Shown: one piece after another, positions 35,085 through 45,688 of the stretch
How positions within the stretch are numbered: the stretch's first letter is position 1
Layout: each line of letters opens with the position of its first letter
Source of the DNA: Alteromonadaceae bacterium UBA2620
GTDB lineage: Bacteria > Pseudomonadota > Gammaproteobacteria > Enterobacterales > Alteromonadaceae
DNA length: 64,000 nt
Assembly: GCA_002339125.1 (NCBI GenBank)
Contig: DDJQ01000105.1
Location: 127 to 64,126 of the forward strand
Reading direction: 5' to 3'
Position numbers and translations under genes: made by a program
The notes under the pieces: model-generated
Database searches by the model: none
The model's input: the letters and a program-made list of their open reading frames with translations, nothing else
Told to the model about the DNA's origin: nothing

Positions 35085-35852
35085 ATGAGCATTGTAAAAA
35101 CCCCAATAGTGAAATGCGTGGAACGTCTCAAAGGCGCGACGAAATTCCGTCCCGCAGGGTTATGTTATTTGTGTCAACAACACTGCAATGCCGCTGTGTG
35201 CGAGGTTTGTGAACAAGACTGCTTGTTCTTTAATGACCAGAAGGTGGCCGGCAATCTGCTAAACTGGCCTAACATTAAGCAGGGGCTGACGCCCGGCCGC
35301 TACCAGCAAATGTGTGCGCTAGGTTACTTTCAGTGGCCGTTAGATCATTTGATTCGCCACTTTAAGTACGGCCATCCGCTGCTGGCGGAGCCATTAGCGC
35401 AATGGTTCTTGCGATATTCTGCGGCTTTATCCGGCCCGTTACCCGACTGCCTGCTACCCGTACCGATTAGTCCCTGGCGTTTCGCTAAGCGACAGTATCA
35501 TCAGACCCTGCTGTTAGCCGACTATCTTGGAAAGCACCTGGATATCCCGGTGATGCCAAAATGGGCTCACAGAAGAGGCTGGCAACGCAGTCAGCAATCC
35601 CTTGGCAGGCGCGAGCGACTGCGCAACCTTAAACAGGCATATGAGCTGGGAAGCGGCGACTTTCCCGCCCGGGTAGCCCTGATTGACGACGTGGTAACGA
35701 CTGGTGCCACTATCGCCACTCTGAGCAGGCTCATCCATCAGGTAGCACCGCACACAGAAATCACAGTCTGGGCGTTGGCTGTTACACCCAATAAGGCCGA
35801 CCAGGCGCTACTGCTGCCTGGTCGTCAAATCCTTGGTCACCGCGAGGCTTAA
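35085..35852 (+). CDS. comF: ComF/GntX family phosphoribosyltransferase-like competence protein
   Basis: N-terminal Cys pairs (CYLCQQ, CEVCEQ) and the C-terminal PRTase motif VALIDDVVTTGATI. Confidence 0.8.
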   Translation: MSIVKTPIVKCVERLKGATKFRPAGLCYLCQQHCNAAVCEVCEQDCLFFNDQKVAGNLLNWPNIKQGLTPGRYQQMCALGYFQWPLDHLIRHFKYGHPLLAEPLAQWFLRYSAALSGPLPDCLLPVPISPWRFAKRQYHQTLLLADYLGKHLDIPVMPKWAHRRGWQRSQQSLGRRERLRNLKQAYELGSGDFPARVALIDDVVTTGATIATLSRLIHQVAPHTEITVWALAVTPNKADQALLLPGRQILGHREA

Positions 35853-38509
35853 TTAATCGCCTCAGCCATAAACAGTGCATTGCTCATCAGCTTATTGGTG
35901 CCATACCAGAACCCGCGAAATTGCGGATCGTCGGTAAAGCCAATCACCCGGCCACGTCCCATGGCTTCGGCTACTACCGCTACCGAACCGGCTATTTCGT
36001 TTGCCACCGGGTCGGCACTGAAACCAGCGACCAGCGGTGAGTCAGTGTAGCGGGCCGGAACCACTGTTGGCGAGGCATTGCTGAACACCATCATATTACT
36101 GGTTTTAAACAGGTTTAACTGCGGCGCGTCATAGCCGTAAAACAGCGGGTGGGAGGTATCGATGCTGGCCTGATAAACCGCCCCGGCTACCAGTTGCTGC
36201 GCATTATGCGCGGAACGATCGGCAAAGGTCAGGTTCTTGTCGCTGAACAGGTCGGCGACGTCCTGCCTTGAGCTCAGTTTGATATCCAGCCAGTTGTGCC
36301 GGGCAAATAATCGCAATGCCGAGGTCTGGCCTACCAGGGTCCCGCCGGCACGAACCCAGTCGGTCAACGTTTCATCAACGCCTTCAGGTAAGTCATAGCG
36401 GCCACCAACAAATACAACGTGAGTGTAATCATGCAGAGAAACGTTATCGAGATGACGTTGTTCCACCAGAGTGACCGGCATGCCTACCTGTGTATCCAGG
36501 TAATGCCACACTTCACCGGCCTGATACGGACTGACGCCCTCGCCACCTACCAGCAAAGCTTTGGGCGCTTTTACCGGCACCATACTGCGGCTGCCAATGT
36601 CGATACCGGTACGGGTAAAGCCGCTGCTGAGGGATAACACCTGCACACCGACATCAACCGCCGCCGCATTAACCAGCTCAATAAGCGCCTGTGGCTGAGG
36701 CACGCCCCGCGGGATCACGATGGTACCCGCCGCCAGCGATAGGTTGCCCTGTGTAGTGGCTGCGGTAAAAGGCTGGGTGGCAATACGCGCTGCCACGCCT
36801 TTATCTAGCAGTTCCTGTAACAATGCCGGTGCTTTGTAGTGATGCCACTCAAACGCATAGGCATAAGCGTCGCTGTCAACCGGCACTATCGGAGCGGGTG
36901 ACGGGCTGTTGTCGGTGAATTTGGCACGGCGCAACTCACGGCTGCTCATGGGAGCAAAGGTTAAATCAAATGCCAGTGGCAGGTTAAAGTTAGATACGTC
37001 GTAAAAGGTGTTATCCGCAAAATCCTGCTGAGTGGAGAATAACGACTTGATTAAGCGGTACTGTGGTTGCGCCAGCGGCACTACCAGCGTGCTGTTTGCT
37101 TTATACACGGTGTCGTTAACTTCAATATCTTCGCGCGGTTGCTGATAACGGATATTGTGCTGGGTGAGCACCCAGCGCGCTTTTTCCAGGCGCCAGCTGT
37201 CCTGCGGCTCATGAATTAAATAGGCTGCATTGTCATCCTGACTGGCAAGCTCTGCGGTTTCTTTATAAAAGTTATGCTGATAGTCGAGCAGCGCCGCTTT
37301 GTTTGCCATGGCGCCATCAAATACCGCCACTGACATGGTGAACTGGTTCTGGATAGTTTGTGGGAACGCCAGCGGGCCATTAATAGAATCCTGCAGGTGG
37401 CCACGACTACTGGCCTGCTCGAACAACACACCAATACTGCCCTGGGCATCCGGATAGGACGAGCCTTTACCGTAGTAAAAGTCATCAAAGCCTTCCTGAC
37501 TGAAATACAGTTGTTTCTGACTGTCGAAGGCGCTGACATAATATTCTGCCAGCGCGTTGGTCAGGCGTACGTTACCTTCCGGCGTAAATGGGTTTTTGCG
37601 ACTCGGCACACCCGGCTGGAAAAAGTAAGAACTATTGGTACCCATTTCGTGGAAGTCTGTTAACACGTGGGGGCGCCAGTGCTGAAACTTGCTGATACGC
37701 GCCTGAGACTCAGGGTGCACCATCATTAACCAGTCCCGGTTAAGATCAAACCAGTAATGGTTGGTGCGCCCGTTGGGCCAGCCTTCCTGGTGCTCCCGAT
37801 GCGCCGGGTCGGCATTGAGTACCTTGCCCTTGTGCATATTCGCCCAGTGCGCAAACCGCGATAGCCCATCCGGGTTGTAGGAGGGGTCCAGCAGCACCAC
37901 GTTTTCCTGCAGCAAACGAGTTACCCTTTCGTCCTGGGCCGCGGCAAGATAATAAGCCACTAGCAGCGATGCATTAGCACCGGAAGGCTCATTACCGTGC
38001 ACGCTGTAGCCCATGTAAAATAACAGTGGCGCATCCGCCGGTGTTTTCTTACCTTGTTGAACCTGAGCCATATGCGCGGTACGCCAGTCTTCCAGCTTAC
38101 TGCGATTTTGAGGTGCCGTGATAGTTAACAGCAGCAGCGGGCGTTGCTCATGGGTATAGCCGGTAACTTCCAGGGTTATCCGATCAGAAGCCGCCGCGAG
38201 GCTGCGCATATAAGTGACCAGCAAATCATGGCGTACGTGCCAGTCGCCAACATTATATCCAAGCACCGATTCGGGAGTGGGTATAGCGGGATCAAGCTCA
38301 ACATTGTCAGGTAAGTAGGCTCTGGCCGGCTTGCCCCCGGCAGTAGCCATAGCGCTGAAGCAAAGCGATAACGCAACAATCAGAACAGTATATAGCTTGG
38401 CAAGACATGAGCGTAAAGGGGTGGAATTTGTCGTTATTGGCGCTGATAGCATTTTACGGACACCATAATTAGTTTTATTTGATGGTCTTGAAACCTGTGA
38501 CTTCGGCAT
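35849..38509 (-). CDS. M14-family zinc carboxypeptidase-like protein (large, secreted)
   Basis: Signal/TM region followed by the zinc motif context HGNEPSG and DFHEMG. Confidence 0.8.
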   Translation of the reverse strand: MPKSQVSRPSNKTNYGVRKMLSAPITTNSTPLRSCLAKLYTVLIVALSLCFSAMATAGGKPARAYLPDNVELDPAIPTPESVLGYNVGDWHVRHDLLVTYMRSLAAASDRITLEVTGYTHEQRPLLLLTITAPQNRSKLEDWRTAHMAQVQQGKKTPADAPLLFYMGYSVHGNEPSGANASLLVAYYLAAAQDERVTRLLQENVVLLDPSYNPDGLSRFAHWANMHKGKVLNADPAHREHQEGWPNGRTNHYWFDLNRDWLMMVHPESQARISKFQHWRPHVLTDFHEMGTNSSYFFQPGVPSRKNPFTPEGNVRLTNALAEYYVSAFDSQKQLYFSQEGFDDFYYGKGSSYPDAQGSIGVLFEQASSRGHLQDSINGPLAFPQTIQNQFTMSVAVFDGAMANKAALLDYQHNFYKETAELASQDDNAAYLIHEPQDSWRLEKARWVLTQHNIRYQQPREDIEVNDTVYKANSTLVVPLAQPQYRLIKSLFSTQQDFADNTFYDVSNFNLPLAFDLTFAPMSSRELRRAKFTDNSPSPAPIVPVDSDAYAYAFEWHHYKAPALLQELLDKGVAARIATQPFTAATTQGNLSLAAGTIVIPRGVPQPQALIELVNAAAVDVGVQVLSLSSGFTRTGIDIGSRSMVPVKAPKALLVGGEGVSPYQAGEVWHYLDTQVGMPVTLVEQRHLDNVSLHDYTHVVFVGGRYDLPEGVDETLTDWVRAGGTLVGQTSALRLFARHNWLDIKLSSRQDVADLFSDKNLTFADRSAHNAQQLVAGAVYQASIDTSHPLFYGYDAPQLNLFKTSNMMVFSNASPTVVPARYTDSPLVAGFSADPVANEIAGSVAVVAEAMGRGRVIGFTDDPQFRGFWYGTNKLMSNALFMAEAIN

Positions 38510-38591
38510 AATATATTTTCAATACCTGACTGTTTTACTCAGGTTAATTTGTTATCATATGCGATAGTTATTGATTATGCAGGACTCTACA

Positions 38592-39170
38592 ATGATCTCA
38601 ATATCAAAAGAGGCCCAGGGACACTTTGTTAAGTTACTGGCTAAACAGGAAGAAGGCACAAACATTCGTGTTTTCGTGGTGAATCCGGGAACCTCAAGTG
38701 CTGAATGCGGTGTTTCTTATTGTCCACCCGATGCGGTGGAGCCTTCCGACACCCGTTTACCCTTCGACGGCTTTGATGCCGTGGTTGACGAAGAGAGCGC
38801 GCCTTATCTCGAAGAAGCCGAAATCGATTATGTCACCGATCAGATGGGTTCACAGCTAACGCTGAAAGCGCCAAATGCCAAGGCTCGTAAAGTGGCAGAC
38901 GATGCGCCAATAGTAGAACGTCTGAACTATATGATTGAGTCTGAAATTAACCCGCAACTGGCCAACCACGGCGGCCAGGTTGTACTGCTGGAAATTACTG
39001 ATGACGGTTACGCCGTGCTGCAGTTTGGCGGTGGTTGTAACGGTTGCTCTATGGTCGATGTGACGCTTAAAGAAGGTATCGAAAAGCAAATGCTCGAAGA
39101 ATTCGCCGGCGAAATCAAAGGCGTTCGCGATGCCACAGAGCATCAGTCGGGTGAGCACTCTTACTACTAA
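38592..39170 (+). CDS. nfuA: Fe-S biogenesis protein NfuA
   Basis: Collinear with E. coli NfuA ([56 protein letters not shown]). Confidence 0.9.
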   Translation: MISISKEAQGHFVKLLAKQEEGTNIRVFVVNPGTSSAECGVSYCPPDAVEPSDTRLPFDGFDAVVDEESAPYLEEAEIDYVTDQMGSQLTLKAPNAKARKVADDAPIVERLNYMIESEINPQLANHGGQVVLLEITDDGYAVLQFGGGCNGCSMVDVTLKEGIEKQMLEEFAGEIKGVRDATEHQSGEHSYY

Positions 39171-39193
39171 GCTCACAGCCGGAACATGGCGCT

Positions 39194-39409
39194 ATGCTGC
39201 CTTTTAGCCACTGGCAACGCTTTATTCAGGGCCTCAGCGTTTTTGCCGTAGGCCTTTGCGTTATGGTGGCGGGCGCCTGGTGGTTAGAACCGCTTTATTA
39301 TATGGGGTTAGTAGTGTTGCTCAGCGGCTTTGGCTGGGCAATGTCTGGTTATCTCGGCCTGCTCTGGCATCGCCTCACAAAGTCGATTAATCCAAACCGG
39401 CACAAGTAA
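39194..39409 (+). CDS. Hypothetical small membrane protein (2 TM)
   Basis: Two clear hydrophobic helices directly after nfuA. Confidence 0.4.
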   Translation: MLPFSHWQRFIQGLSVFAVGLCVMVAGAWWLEPLYYMGLVVLLSGFGWAMSGYLGLLWHRLTKSINPNRHK

Positions 39410-39411
39410 AC

Positions 39412-40743
39412 TCAGGTGCTAACAATGAGTTTATCCCTGCGCCAGTAAAACACCGCACCCAGCGTTACTCCACGGGCGAGTAAAAAGGCCAGCAACGCCC
39501 ACCATAGGGCCGGGTTACCCTCAGATTGAGTCACATACCACACCGGAAAATACACCAGTAATGCGCTGATGATCATGGTATCTCGCATGGCTTTGGCCTG
39601 AGTAAGACCAACAAACACCCCATCATATAAAAAGCACCAGTGAGCCACTAATGGCAACACGGTCATCATGCCGAGGTAGGCATATGCTGCCTGCTGCAAA
39701 GACTCGATATCCGTGAGTAAGCGAATAATTTGCGGCCCGAAAAACCAGAATATCACCGCATAGCCAACGGCAAACAGCCCTGACCACAGTAATCCTCGCT
39801 GCGTCTGGCGCATAACCCCTTTGCTACTTCTAGCGCCTGCTGCCTCACCAACGGTGGCCTCCACAGCATAGGCAATGCCATCGAGCCCCAGCGCAATCAA
39901 CACAAAGAACTGCATCAGGATGGCATTTACGGCCGTAGCAGTCTGGCCATACCGAGCGCCCTGAATGGTTAAAAAAGCCAGACAAGCCTGCAACGCCAGA
40001 TTACGCAGCAGCATGTCACCGTTTAGCTTCATTAAAAATTTACGCGCCGTTTTATTAAACCATTCCAGCGCCGGCGGCTGCCATTGAATATGTTTTAGGG
40101 CAATCAGCATCGCCATGATCATCATAGTGTATTCGGCGACCACACTGGCCAGCGCCACGCCGCTTACGCCCCAGTCCCACCACCAGACCAGCAGGATATC
40201 GAGGCCGGCATTAAGCAGGTTACCGACAATCTGCACCAGTAACACACTGGTGGTTTTTTGCTGTCCCACCAGCCAGCCAATCAAAGCCAGATTTAGCAGA
40301 GCAGCCGGTGCTCCCCACACCCGGATATTAAAGTATTCACGGCTGTAAACCGCCACATCGGCAGCCGGGGCCGCCAGCCATAAGCCGGCTTGCAGAATAG
40401 CCTGTTGGGTTAGCCAGATAAGCAGGCCAATAGTGATGGCAATAACCGCGGTTTGATAAAATGACCTGGCCATCACGGTGAGGTCGCCCTCGCCCCTGGC
40501 CTGTGCACTCATACCGGTGGCCGACATTCGAATAAAACCGCACACCCAGTAAATTTGGGTAAGAATTAACGCGCCAATGGATGCGCCGGCGAGTTGCGCC
40601 GATGAATCCATATGCCCCATTACCGCCGTATCAACTAGTCCAAGTAAGGGAGTGGTGATATTCGCCAGGATCATCGGCAGGGCCAGCTTTAATAACTGAA
40701 TGTGGGCAGCACTGCCGCGTAACTGATAGGATAGGGTTGTCAC
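39412..40743 (-). CDS. dinF: MATE family efflux transporter (DinF-like)
   Basis: LALPMILANITTPLLGLVDTAVMGH aligns with the E. coli DinF N-terminus. Twelve TM helices. GTG start. Confidence 0.8.
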   Translation of the reverse strand: MTTLSYQLRGSAAHIQLLKLALPMILANITTPLLGLVDTAVMGHMDSSAQLAGASIGALILTQIYWVCGFIRMSATGMSAQARGEGDLTVMARSFYQTAVIAITIGLLIWLTQQAILQAGLWLAAPAADVAVYSREYFNIRVWGAPAALLNLALIGWLVGQQKTTSVLLVQIVGNLLNAGLDILLVWWWDWGVSGVALASVVAEYTMMIMAMLIALKHIQWQPPALEWFNKTARKFLMKLNGDMLLRNLALQACLAFLTIQGARYGQTATAVNAILMQFFVLIALGLDGIAYAVEATVGEAAGARSSKGVMRQTQRGLLWSGLFAVGYAVIFWFFGPQIIRLLTDIESLQQAAYAYLGMMTVLPLVAHWCFLYDGVFVGLTQAKAMRDTMIISALLVYFPVWYVTQSEGNPALWWALLAFLLARGVTLGAVFYWRRDKLIVST

Positions 40744-40784
40744 CGGAACCTTTGCGAGTTTTGTATTAATATCAAGGAGAATGC

Positions 40785-41873
40785 ATGCAGTTTATCATGA
40801 CACGCCGATTTATCCCGCTGTTACTGAGCCTGTTATTTTTGCACAGCACGGCAAGTCAGGCCGAGGCCGGTCCAGCCCATTCCAGCGGCGTGATCTTACT
40901 GTATCACCACGTGGCGGAAGATACCCCGCGCAGCACCTCAGTAACCCCCGAAGAGTTTGCCCAACACCTCGACTACATTGCAGAAAACTATACGGTAGTG
41001 CCCTTAAAGCAGCTGGTTGAAGCCGCGAAAGGCAAGGGCAGCGTACCGGATAACGCGCTGGCCATTACCTTTGATGATGGCTACGAGAATATACTCACCA
41101 ATGGGCATCCGTTACTGCGCAAGCATGACTTCCCTTACACCATTTTTATTAACCCTGAAGTGATTGGCAAGCAGGGCAATCAGCTTAGCTGGGAACAGGT
41201 AAAGCAAATGCAAAAACAGGGAGTGACCTTCGCCAATCACACCATGGACCATTTGCACCTGCTGGAAAAACAGCCCGGGGAGAGTGAACAGGCCTGGCTT
41301 AAGCGTGTTTGGCAGAACATCACCAGTGCCGAAACAATCATTCAGCAACACACCGGTGAATCGCTTAAGTACCTTGCCTACCCTTTCGGCGAATACAATC
41401 ACACGCTGGCTAAGCGTCTGGCCGAGCATGGTTATACCGGGTTTGGACAGCACTCCGGCGCCTTCGGTAAATTTACCGATATGACGGCGATCCCGCGCTT
41501 TCCTGCTGCCGGGCCCTATGCCAAGCTGAGCACTCTTAAGACCAAAATGGCCAGTTTAGCGATGCCTGTAGTAAGTGCTTCGCTCGACGATCCGCAGATG
41601 ACCAGCCTTCAGCTTGATGACACCATTACCATTACTCTGGACGAGACTGGCGCTAAAGATGTGAGATTATCGCAGCTGGCCTGTTACTATCAGGGCGGTA
41701 CGCTTGACGTAGCAAACACAGCCAGTGAGTTTAATTTTACCCTGGATGCAAAGTTACCAATTGGACGTTCACGGGTGAATTGTACTGCGCCATCAGAGTC
41801 GGCTGGCGGTCGTTTTTACTGGTATTCGATGCCGTTTTTTGTGGCCAATGAGAAGGGTCAGTATCCTGATTAA
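40785..41873 (+). CDS. Polysaccharide deacetylase family protein (NodB domain, secreted)
   Basis: Signal peptide. LLYHHV..., ITFDDGYEN and H..H motifs typical of NodB/PgaB-like deacetylases. Confidence 0.8.
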   Translation: MQFIMTRRFIPLLLSLLFLHSTASQAEAGPAHSSGVILLYHHVAEDTPRSTSVTPEEFAQHLDYIAENYTVVPLKQLVEAAKGKGSVPDNALAITFDDGYENILTNGHPLLRKHDFPYTIFINPEVIGKQGNQLSWEQVKQMQKQGVTFANHTMDHLHLLEKQPGESEQAWLKRVWQNITSAETIIQQHTGESLKYLAYPFGEYNHTLAKRLAEHGYTGFGQHSGAFGKFTDMTAIPRFPAAGPYAKLSTLKTKMASLAMPVVSASLDDPQMTSLQLDDTITITLDETGAKDVRLSQLACYYQGGTLDVANTASEFNFTLDAKLPIGRSRVNCTAPSESAGGRFYWYSMPFFVANEKGQYPD

Positions 41874-41883
41874 GCGAAACAGC

Positions 41884-41923
41884 GGCTATTGCTGACGCGA
41901 GTACATCGCGGCTGGCAATAGCC
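41884..41923. terminator. Compound hairpin between convergent genes
   Basis: GGCTATTGC ... GCAATAGCC encloses the inner hairpin CGCGA-GTACA-TCGCG. Confidence 0.45.
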
Positions 41924-41929
41924 CACTGG

Positions 41930-42538
41930 TTATTGCGTTTCGATATGCAGCGCTTTGATCATTTGGACAAACTGGTCGTTGGTCCGGTGTTCACCAAACC
42001 CTAATCGCTGATAAAAAGCAATCGCGCCTTTATTAGCAATTTCACAGTTTAAAACTAGCGCATTTTTCTTCATCGCACGGGCTTTTACTTCCATAAACTC
42101 GATAAGGGCAGAGCCCGTACCCTGACGACGAGCGTCAGGCGATACGGCCAGGTGGCCAATACCGAGTTCGGTAAATAAAGGCGCCTCTAACACGGCCAGG
42201 TATTGCTGAGAGCGCATGACGATCTCAAGCGCGTCATCGATACCATAGTGCTCGACGATAGAAGACAGGGTTTCTCTGTCGAAGTTTTCAGGCAAGCGAT
42301 CATGCCAGCAACTAACCAGGCCGGTCACTTCGCCGTTATACTCGGCAACCCAATGATTTTCAAAACCGTACTGTCCACCACCTTTCTTCCAGGCTGATAA
42401 CAGGTAGTCCAGGGCGACTTGTTGGTCACCTTGGCCAAAGACCTCGGTAAGCAAGTGCTTACCAGCGTTAAACAGCAGGGGAACAGCTATACTACCATCA
42501 TCCTTTTTGGCATTTCGGATAATACTACAACATGGCAT
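41930..42538 (-). CDS. GNAT family N-acetyltransferase
   Basis: The acetyl-CoA site is RRQGTGSALI (Q/R-x-x-G-x-G/A). A GNAT fold pattern follows it. Confidence 0.8.
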   Translation of the reverse strand: MPCCSIIRNAKKDDGSIAVPLLFNAGKHLLTEVFGQGDQQVALDYLLSAWKKGGGQYGFENHWVAEYNGEVTGLVSCWHDRLPENFDRETLSSIVEHYGIDDALEIVMRSQQYLAVLEAPLFTELGIGHLAVSPDARRQGTGSALIEFMEVKARAMKKNALVLNCEIANKGAIAFYQRLGFGEHRTNDQFVQMIKALHIETQ

Positions 42539-43186
42539 TTATTGTTCTTTGGTAATAACAGGCATATCAGTAAGTATTTGAACACTGTCACTTACTGCAA
42601 GTTCACCAGGATTATACTTAGGCTTAAACCTTCCGATGGCTAAACCATTCGGATCGACCACAACCACAGAAGCACTGTGATCAACAAGATAATTGGGGTT
42701 ATCTGTACTTTCAGCAATGGCATACATCAGCCCCAGCGATCTGGCAAACGGGAACAACATTTTATGCTCACCCGTTAAAGCAACAAACTCCGGGTTGAAG
42801 TACTCAACGTAAGAGGCGAGCCTTTCAGGTGTATCCCGCTTTGGATCCACGGAGACAAACACTACCTGAATCGGCGAGTTGGTGGAAATATTTTTTAGTT
42901 CTGGATAAATTTTTCCTAATGCCGCCATAGTAGTAGGGCACACATCCGGGCAGAAGGTATAGCCTAAAAATAACAGGCTCCAATGCCCTTTAAACAGTTC
43001 GTTAGTTACCGTTTCACCGTGTTGATTGACCAGCGTTACCTCGGCCAGCTGGCGAGGCTCAGGAAAGGTTTGCAGATACTGAGGCGTATCGTTTTCGGTG
43101 CTTTGCGTGGTGAACCACCACGCCATACCCACGCCGGCCACCAGGGCCAGCGCTGCCACCAGGGTTAACAACAATTTTTGATTCAT
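42539..43186 (-). CDS. SCO1/SenC family copper chaperone
   Basis: TM anchor, the CPDVCP (CxxxC) motif and a downstream DHS histidine. Confidence 0.85.
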   Translation of the reverse strand: MNQKLLLTLVAALALVAGVGMAWWFTTQSTENDTPQYLQTFPEPRQLAEVTLVNQHGETVTNELFKGHWSLLFLGYTFCPDVCPTTMAALGKIYPELKNISTNSPIQVVFVSVDPKRDTPERLASYVEYFNPEFVALTGEHKMLFPFARSLGLMYAIAESTDNPNYLVDHSASVVVVDPNGLAIGRFKPKYNPGELAVSDSVQILTDMPVITKEQ

Positions 43187-44118
43187 AAAGCCATCGGAAC
43201 ATAGTGATCAACCAACAATACAACAAATAATACCATCAGATGGACAATAGAGTATTTAAAGGTGGTCATGGCGGTTTGCTCATCGGCCGCATATTTAAGT
43301 TTTAACGCATAGTATAAAAAGCCGGCATTGAGCAGTGACGAACCCACCAGATAAATAAGGTGCGCTTTACCAATCAGGTAAGGCAGCAGGCACACCAGGC
43401 ACAGTAAAATGGTGTATAGCAGTACGCAGGTTTTGGTAAAAGCAATGCCGTGGGTCACCGGCAGCATAGGTACCTTGGCTTTGGCGTAGTCTTTCTCGCG
43501 ATGGATGGCCAGCGCCCAGAAATGCGGTGGTGTCCAGGTAAATACAATCAGCACCAACAGCAATGCGTAGGCGTGAACTTCTCCGGTGACAGCCGTCCAG
43601 CCCAGTAAAGGCGGCGCAGCGCCGGCCAAACCGCCAATCACAATATTTTGTGGTGTGGCACGTTTTAGAAACATGGTGTAAACCACTGCATAGCCCACCA
43701 GGCTGGCTAACGTGAGCATGGCAGTTAAGCGATTCACCCAGATTTCAAGCAACGCATAACCGACTACCGCCAGCACAAAGGAAAATATCAGCGCCTGTTG
43801 AATACTTACCTTACCTTTCACCACCGGGCGATTAAAAGTGCGTGCCATCTGGCTGTCTATCTTATGATCCACTATATGATTAAGAACGGCTGCCGCACTG
43901 GCCAGCAAACCAATGCCCAGTAACCCGGCAATTAAGCGATCGGCGGGTACCCAGCCCGGCGTGGCCAGACACATCCCCACCAGGGCAGTGAGCAGTAATA
44001 GCATCACCACCCGAGGCTTGGTCATTTCGTAATAGTAGCGCCAGTTTGCCCGCCAGCCGCTTAACGGGCGGCTTTTAGAGGCTGACAGCGGTGCATTAAT
44101 CGGTTGCGATTTTGCCAT
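43183..44118 (-). CDS. cyoE: Protoheme IX farnesyltransferase (heme O synthase)
   Basis: UbiA-family motifs ([21 protein letters not shown]) in a cox-cluster context. Confidence 0.9.
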   Translation of the reverse strand: MAKSQPINAPLSASKSRPLSGWRANWRYYYEMTKPRVVMLLLLTALVGMCLATPGWVPADRLIAGLLGIGLLASAAAVLNHIVDHKIDSQMARTFNRPVVKGKVSIQQALIFSFVLAVVGYALLEIWVNRLTAMLTLASLVGYAVVYTMFLKRATPQNIVIGGLAGAAPPLLGWTAVTGEVHAYALLLVLIVFTWTPPHFWALAIHREKDYAKAKVPMLPVTHGIAFTKTCVLLYTILLCLVCLLPYLIGKAHLIYLVGSSLLNAGFLYYALKLKYAADEQTAMTTFKYSIVHLMVLFVVLLVDHYVPMAL

Positions 44119-44127
44119 GAGGATCTC

Positions 44128-45105
44128 CTACACTTTTCGATACAGTGTGTAAGTAATAAGAACGAGCACCAGTAATAAACATGCCGCTACGGCATTGTGT
44201 AAAACGGCAACCTGCAGAGGTAAGCTGAATACAACATTACTGATACCCAGGCCAACCTGAGCCAGTAATACCAGAACTAATACCACCGACGCGTTGCGCA
44301 GATGCTGAGAAGCGGAGCGACGATACAGGCTGATAGCCAGCCACCCCAGATACAGAAAAGTAATCACCGCGCCCAGACGATGAACGATATGCATAGTCAT
44401 GCGTTCGGCGTAATCGTGAGCGCCATATTCGTAATTAGCGGCTTCGGGCACGCTATACGCGCCGGCCATATCAATGCGGTTTAGCCAGTCACCTTCGCAA
44501 ACCGGAAACTCAGTACAGGCCAGCGCAGCATAATTAGCTGAGGTCCAGCCGCCCAGTGCGATTTGGCCAACCAGCACCACAATACCGAGCGCGGCAAACG
44601 TGGCGTAGCGTTTAATCCGCATATCCACAAAACCAATCCGGTAACGGGATAATCGTAAATACAGTAAGAACAGGCAGGTCAGTACACTAAAACCACCCAG
44701 CAGATGGCCCATCACTACGACCGGAAGCAGATTAAGCGTGACTGTCCACATACCGAGCAGGGCCTGAAAGGACACCAGCGCCAGCAAAATGAGCGGCAGT
44801 TTTATGGGTACCTCAGCAGATCGTTTGCTCACTGCCCAAACGGCGATAGCTAAAATACACAGGCCCAGGGTGCCGGCAAAATAGCGGTGGATCATCTCGT
44901 TCCAGGCTTTCTGTGTTTCTACCGGCCGCTCAGGATAAGCGGCATTAGCCGCCTCAATATGCATGTCAGATTCCGGCACCGTAAGATGCCCGTAACAGCC
45001 CGGCCAATCCGGACAGCCTAAGCCTGCATCGGTTAAACGGGTGTAGGCACCCAGCACAATGACTACGACGGCCAGGAGAATACTAAAACCAACCAACTTC
45101 CGCAT
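44128..45105 (-). CDS. ctaA: Heme A synthase (COX15/CtaA)
   Basis: GLGCPDWPGCYG, conserved His residues in the TM helices (HR..A, HL.GG) and eight TM helices. Confidence 0.85.
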   Translation of the reverse strand: MRKLVGFSILLAVVVIVLGAYTRLTDAGLGCPDWPGCYGHLTVPESDMHIEAANAAYPERPVETQKAWNEMIHRYFAGTLGLCILAIAVWAVSKRSAEVPIKLPLILLALVSFQALLGMWTVTLNLLPVVVMGHLLGGFSVLTCLFLLYLRLSRYRIGFVDMRIKRYATFAALGIVVLVGQIALGGWTSANYAALACTEFPVCEGDWLNRIDMAGAYSVPEAANYEYGAHDYAERMTMHIVHRLGAVITFLYLGWLAISLYRRSASQHLRNASVVLVLVLLAQVGLGISNVVFSLPLQVAVLHNAVAACLLLVLVLITYTLYRKV

Positions 45106-45114
45106 AGTGTCGCC

Positions 45115-45687
45115 TCAACCAATACGTGACAGTTTAAGTAATTTACGTAGATCAGACAGCACGTCGCGGCTGCCCATTACGGCATCCTGACGAAGCTGAT
45201 AAAGGGGATAACGCAACATCGCATTGCCCTGGGTATCGACCAGAAAAATATGCTCGTTAACCTGGCTGGCTTCCAGTTGCTGCATTTGCGACTGATTGAG
45301 CGTAACCGCATTGATATGTTCGTAATCATGCAGGATATTCATGGCTTTGCTGTCGCTGGTTGCGGTTAAAAATACCGCCGGCTGGGCCCGGTCGGACTCT
45401 TTGCCCAGTGCCAGCCAGACTTGCTGGATGGCGTAAATCGCATTTTCACATTCGTTACCGCACTGCGCGGGAACGATATACATAACCCGCCACTTCGGCG
45501 ACTGCTCGCTAAGTAATGGCTGCAGGTTCTCTACCGGTTGCAGCAGTTCCCCCTTATTGGTTGCACCTTGCTCAAACCAGTTAAAGTCGAGGGCCAGCTT
45601 AGCCAGCACCACCGGAATAATAAATGCCGCCATTAAAATCAGCAGCGAACGTTTGGGTTTAGCCTGAGGATTAATTGCGGTCGCCAT
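45115..45687 (-). CDS. Membrane-anchored thioredoxin/Sco-like protein of the cox cluster (CGNEC)
   Basis: TM anchor. The pattern W.VMYIVPAQCGNEC...FLT...EHIFLVDTQGN parallels the Sco fold pattern (CxxxC plus a distal His). Confidence 0.5.
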   Translation of the reverse strand: MATAINPQAKPKRSLLILMAAFIIPVVLAKLALDFNWFEQGATNKGELLQPVENLQPLLSEQSPKWRVMYIVPAQCGNECENAIYAIQQVWLALGKESDRAQPAVFLTATSDSKAMNILHDYEHINAVTLNQSQMQQLEASQVNEHIFLVDTQGNAMLRYPLYQLRQDAVMGSRDVLSDLRKLLKLSRIG

Positions 45688-45688
45688 A

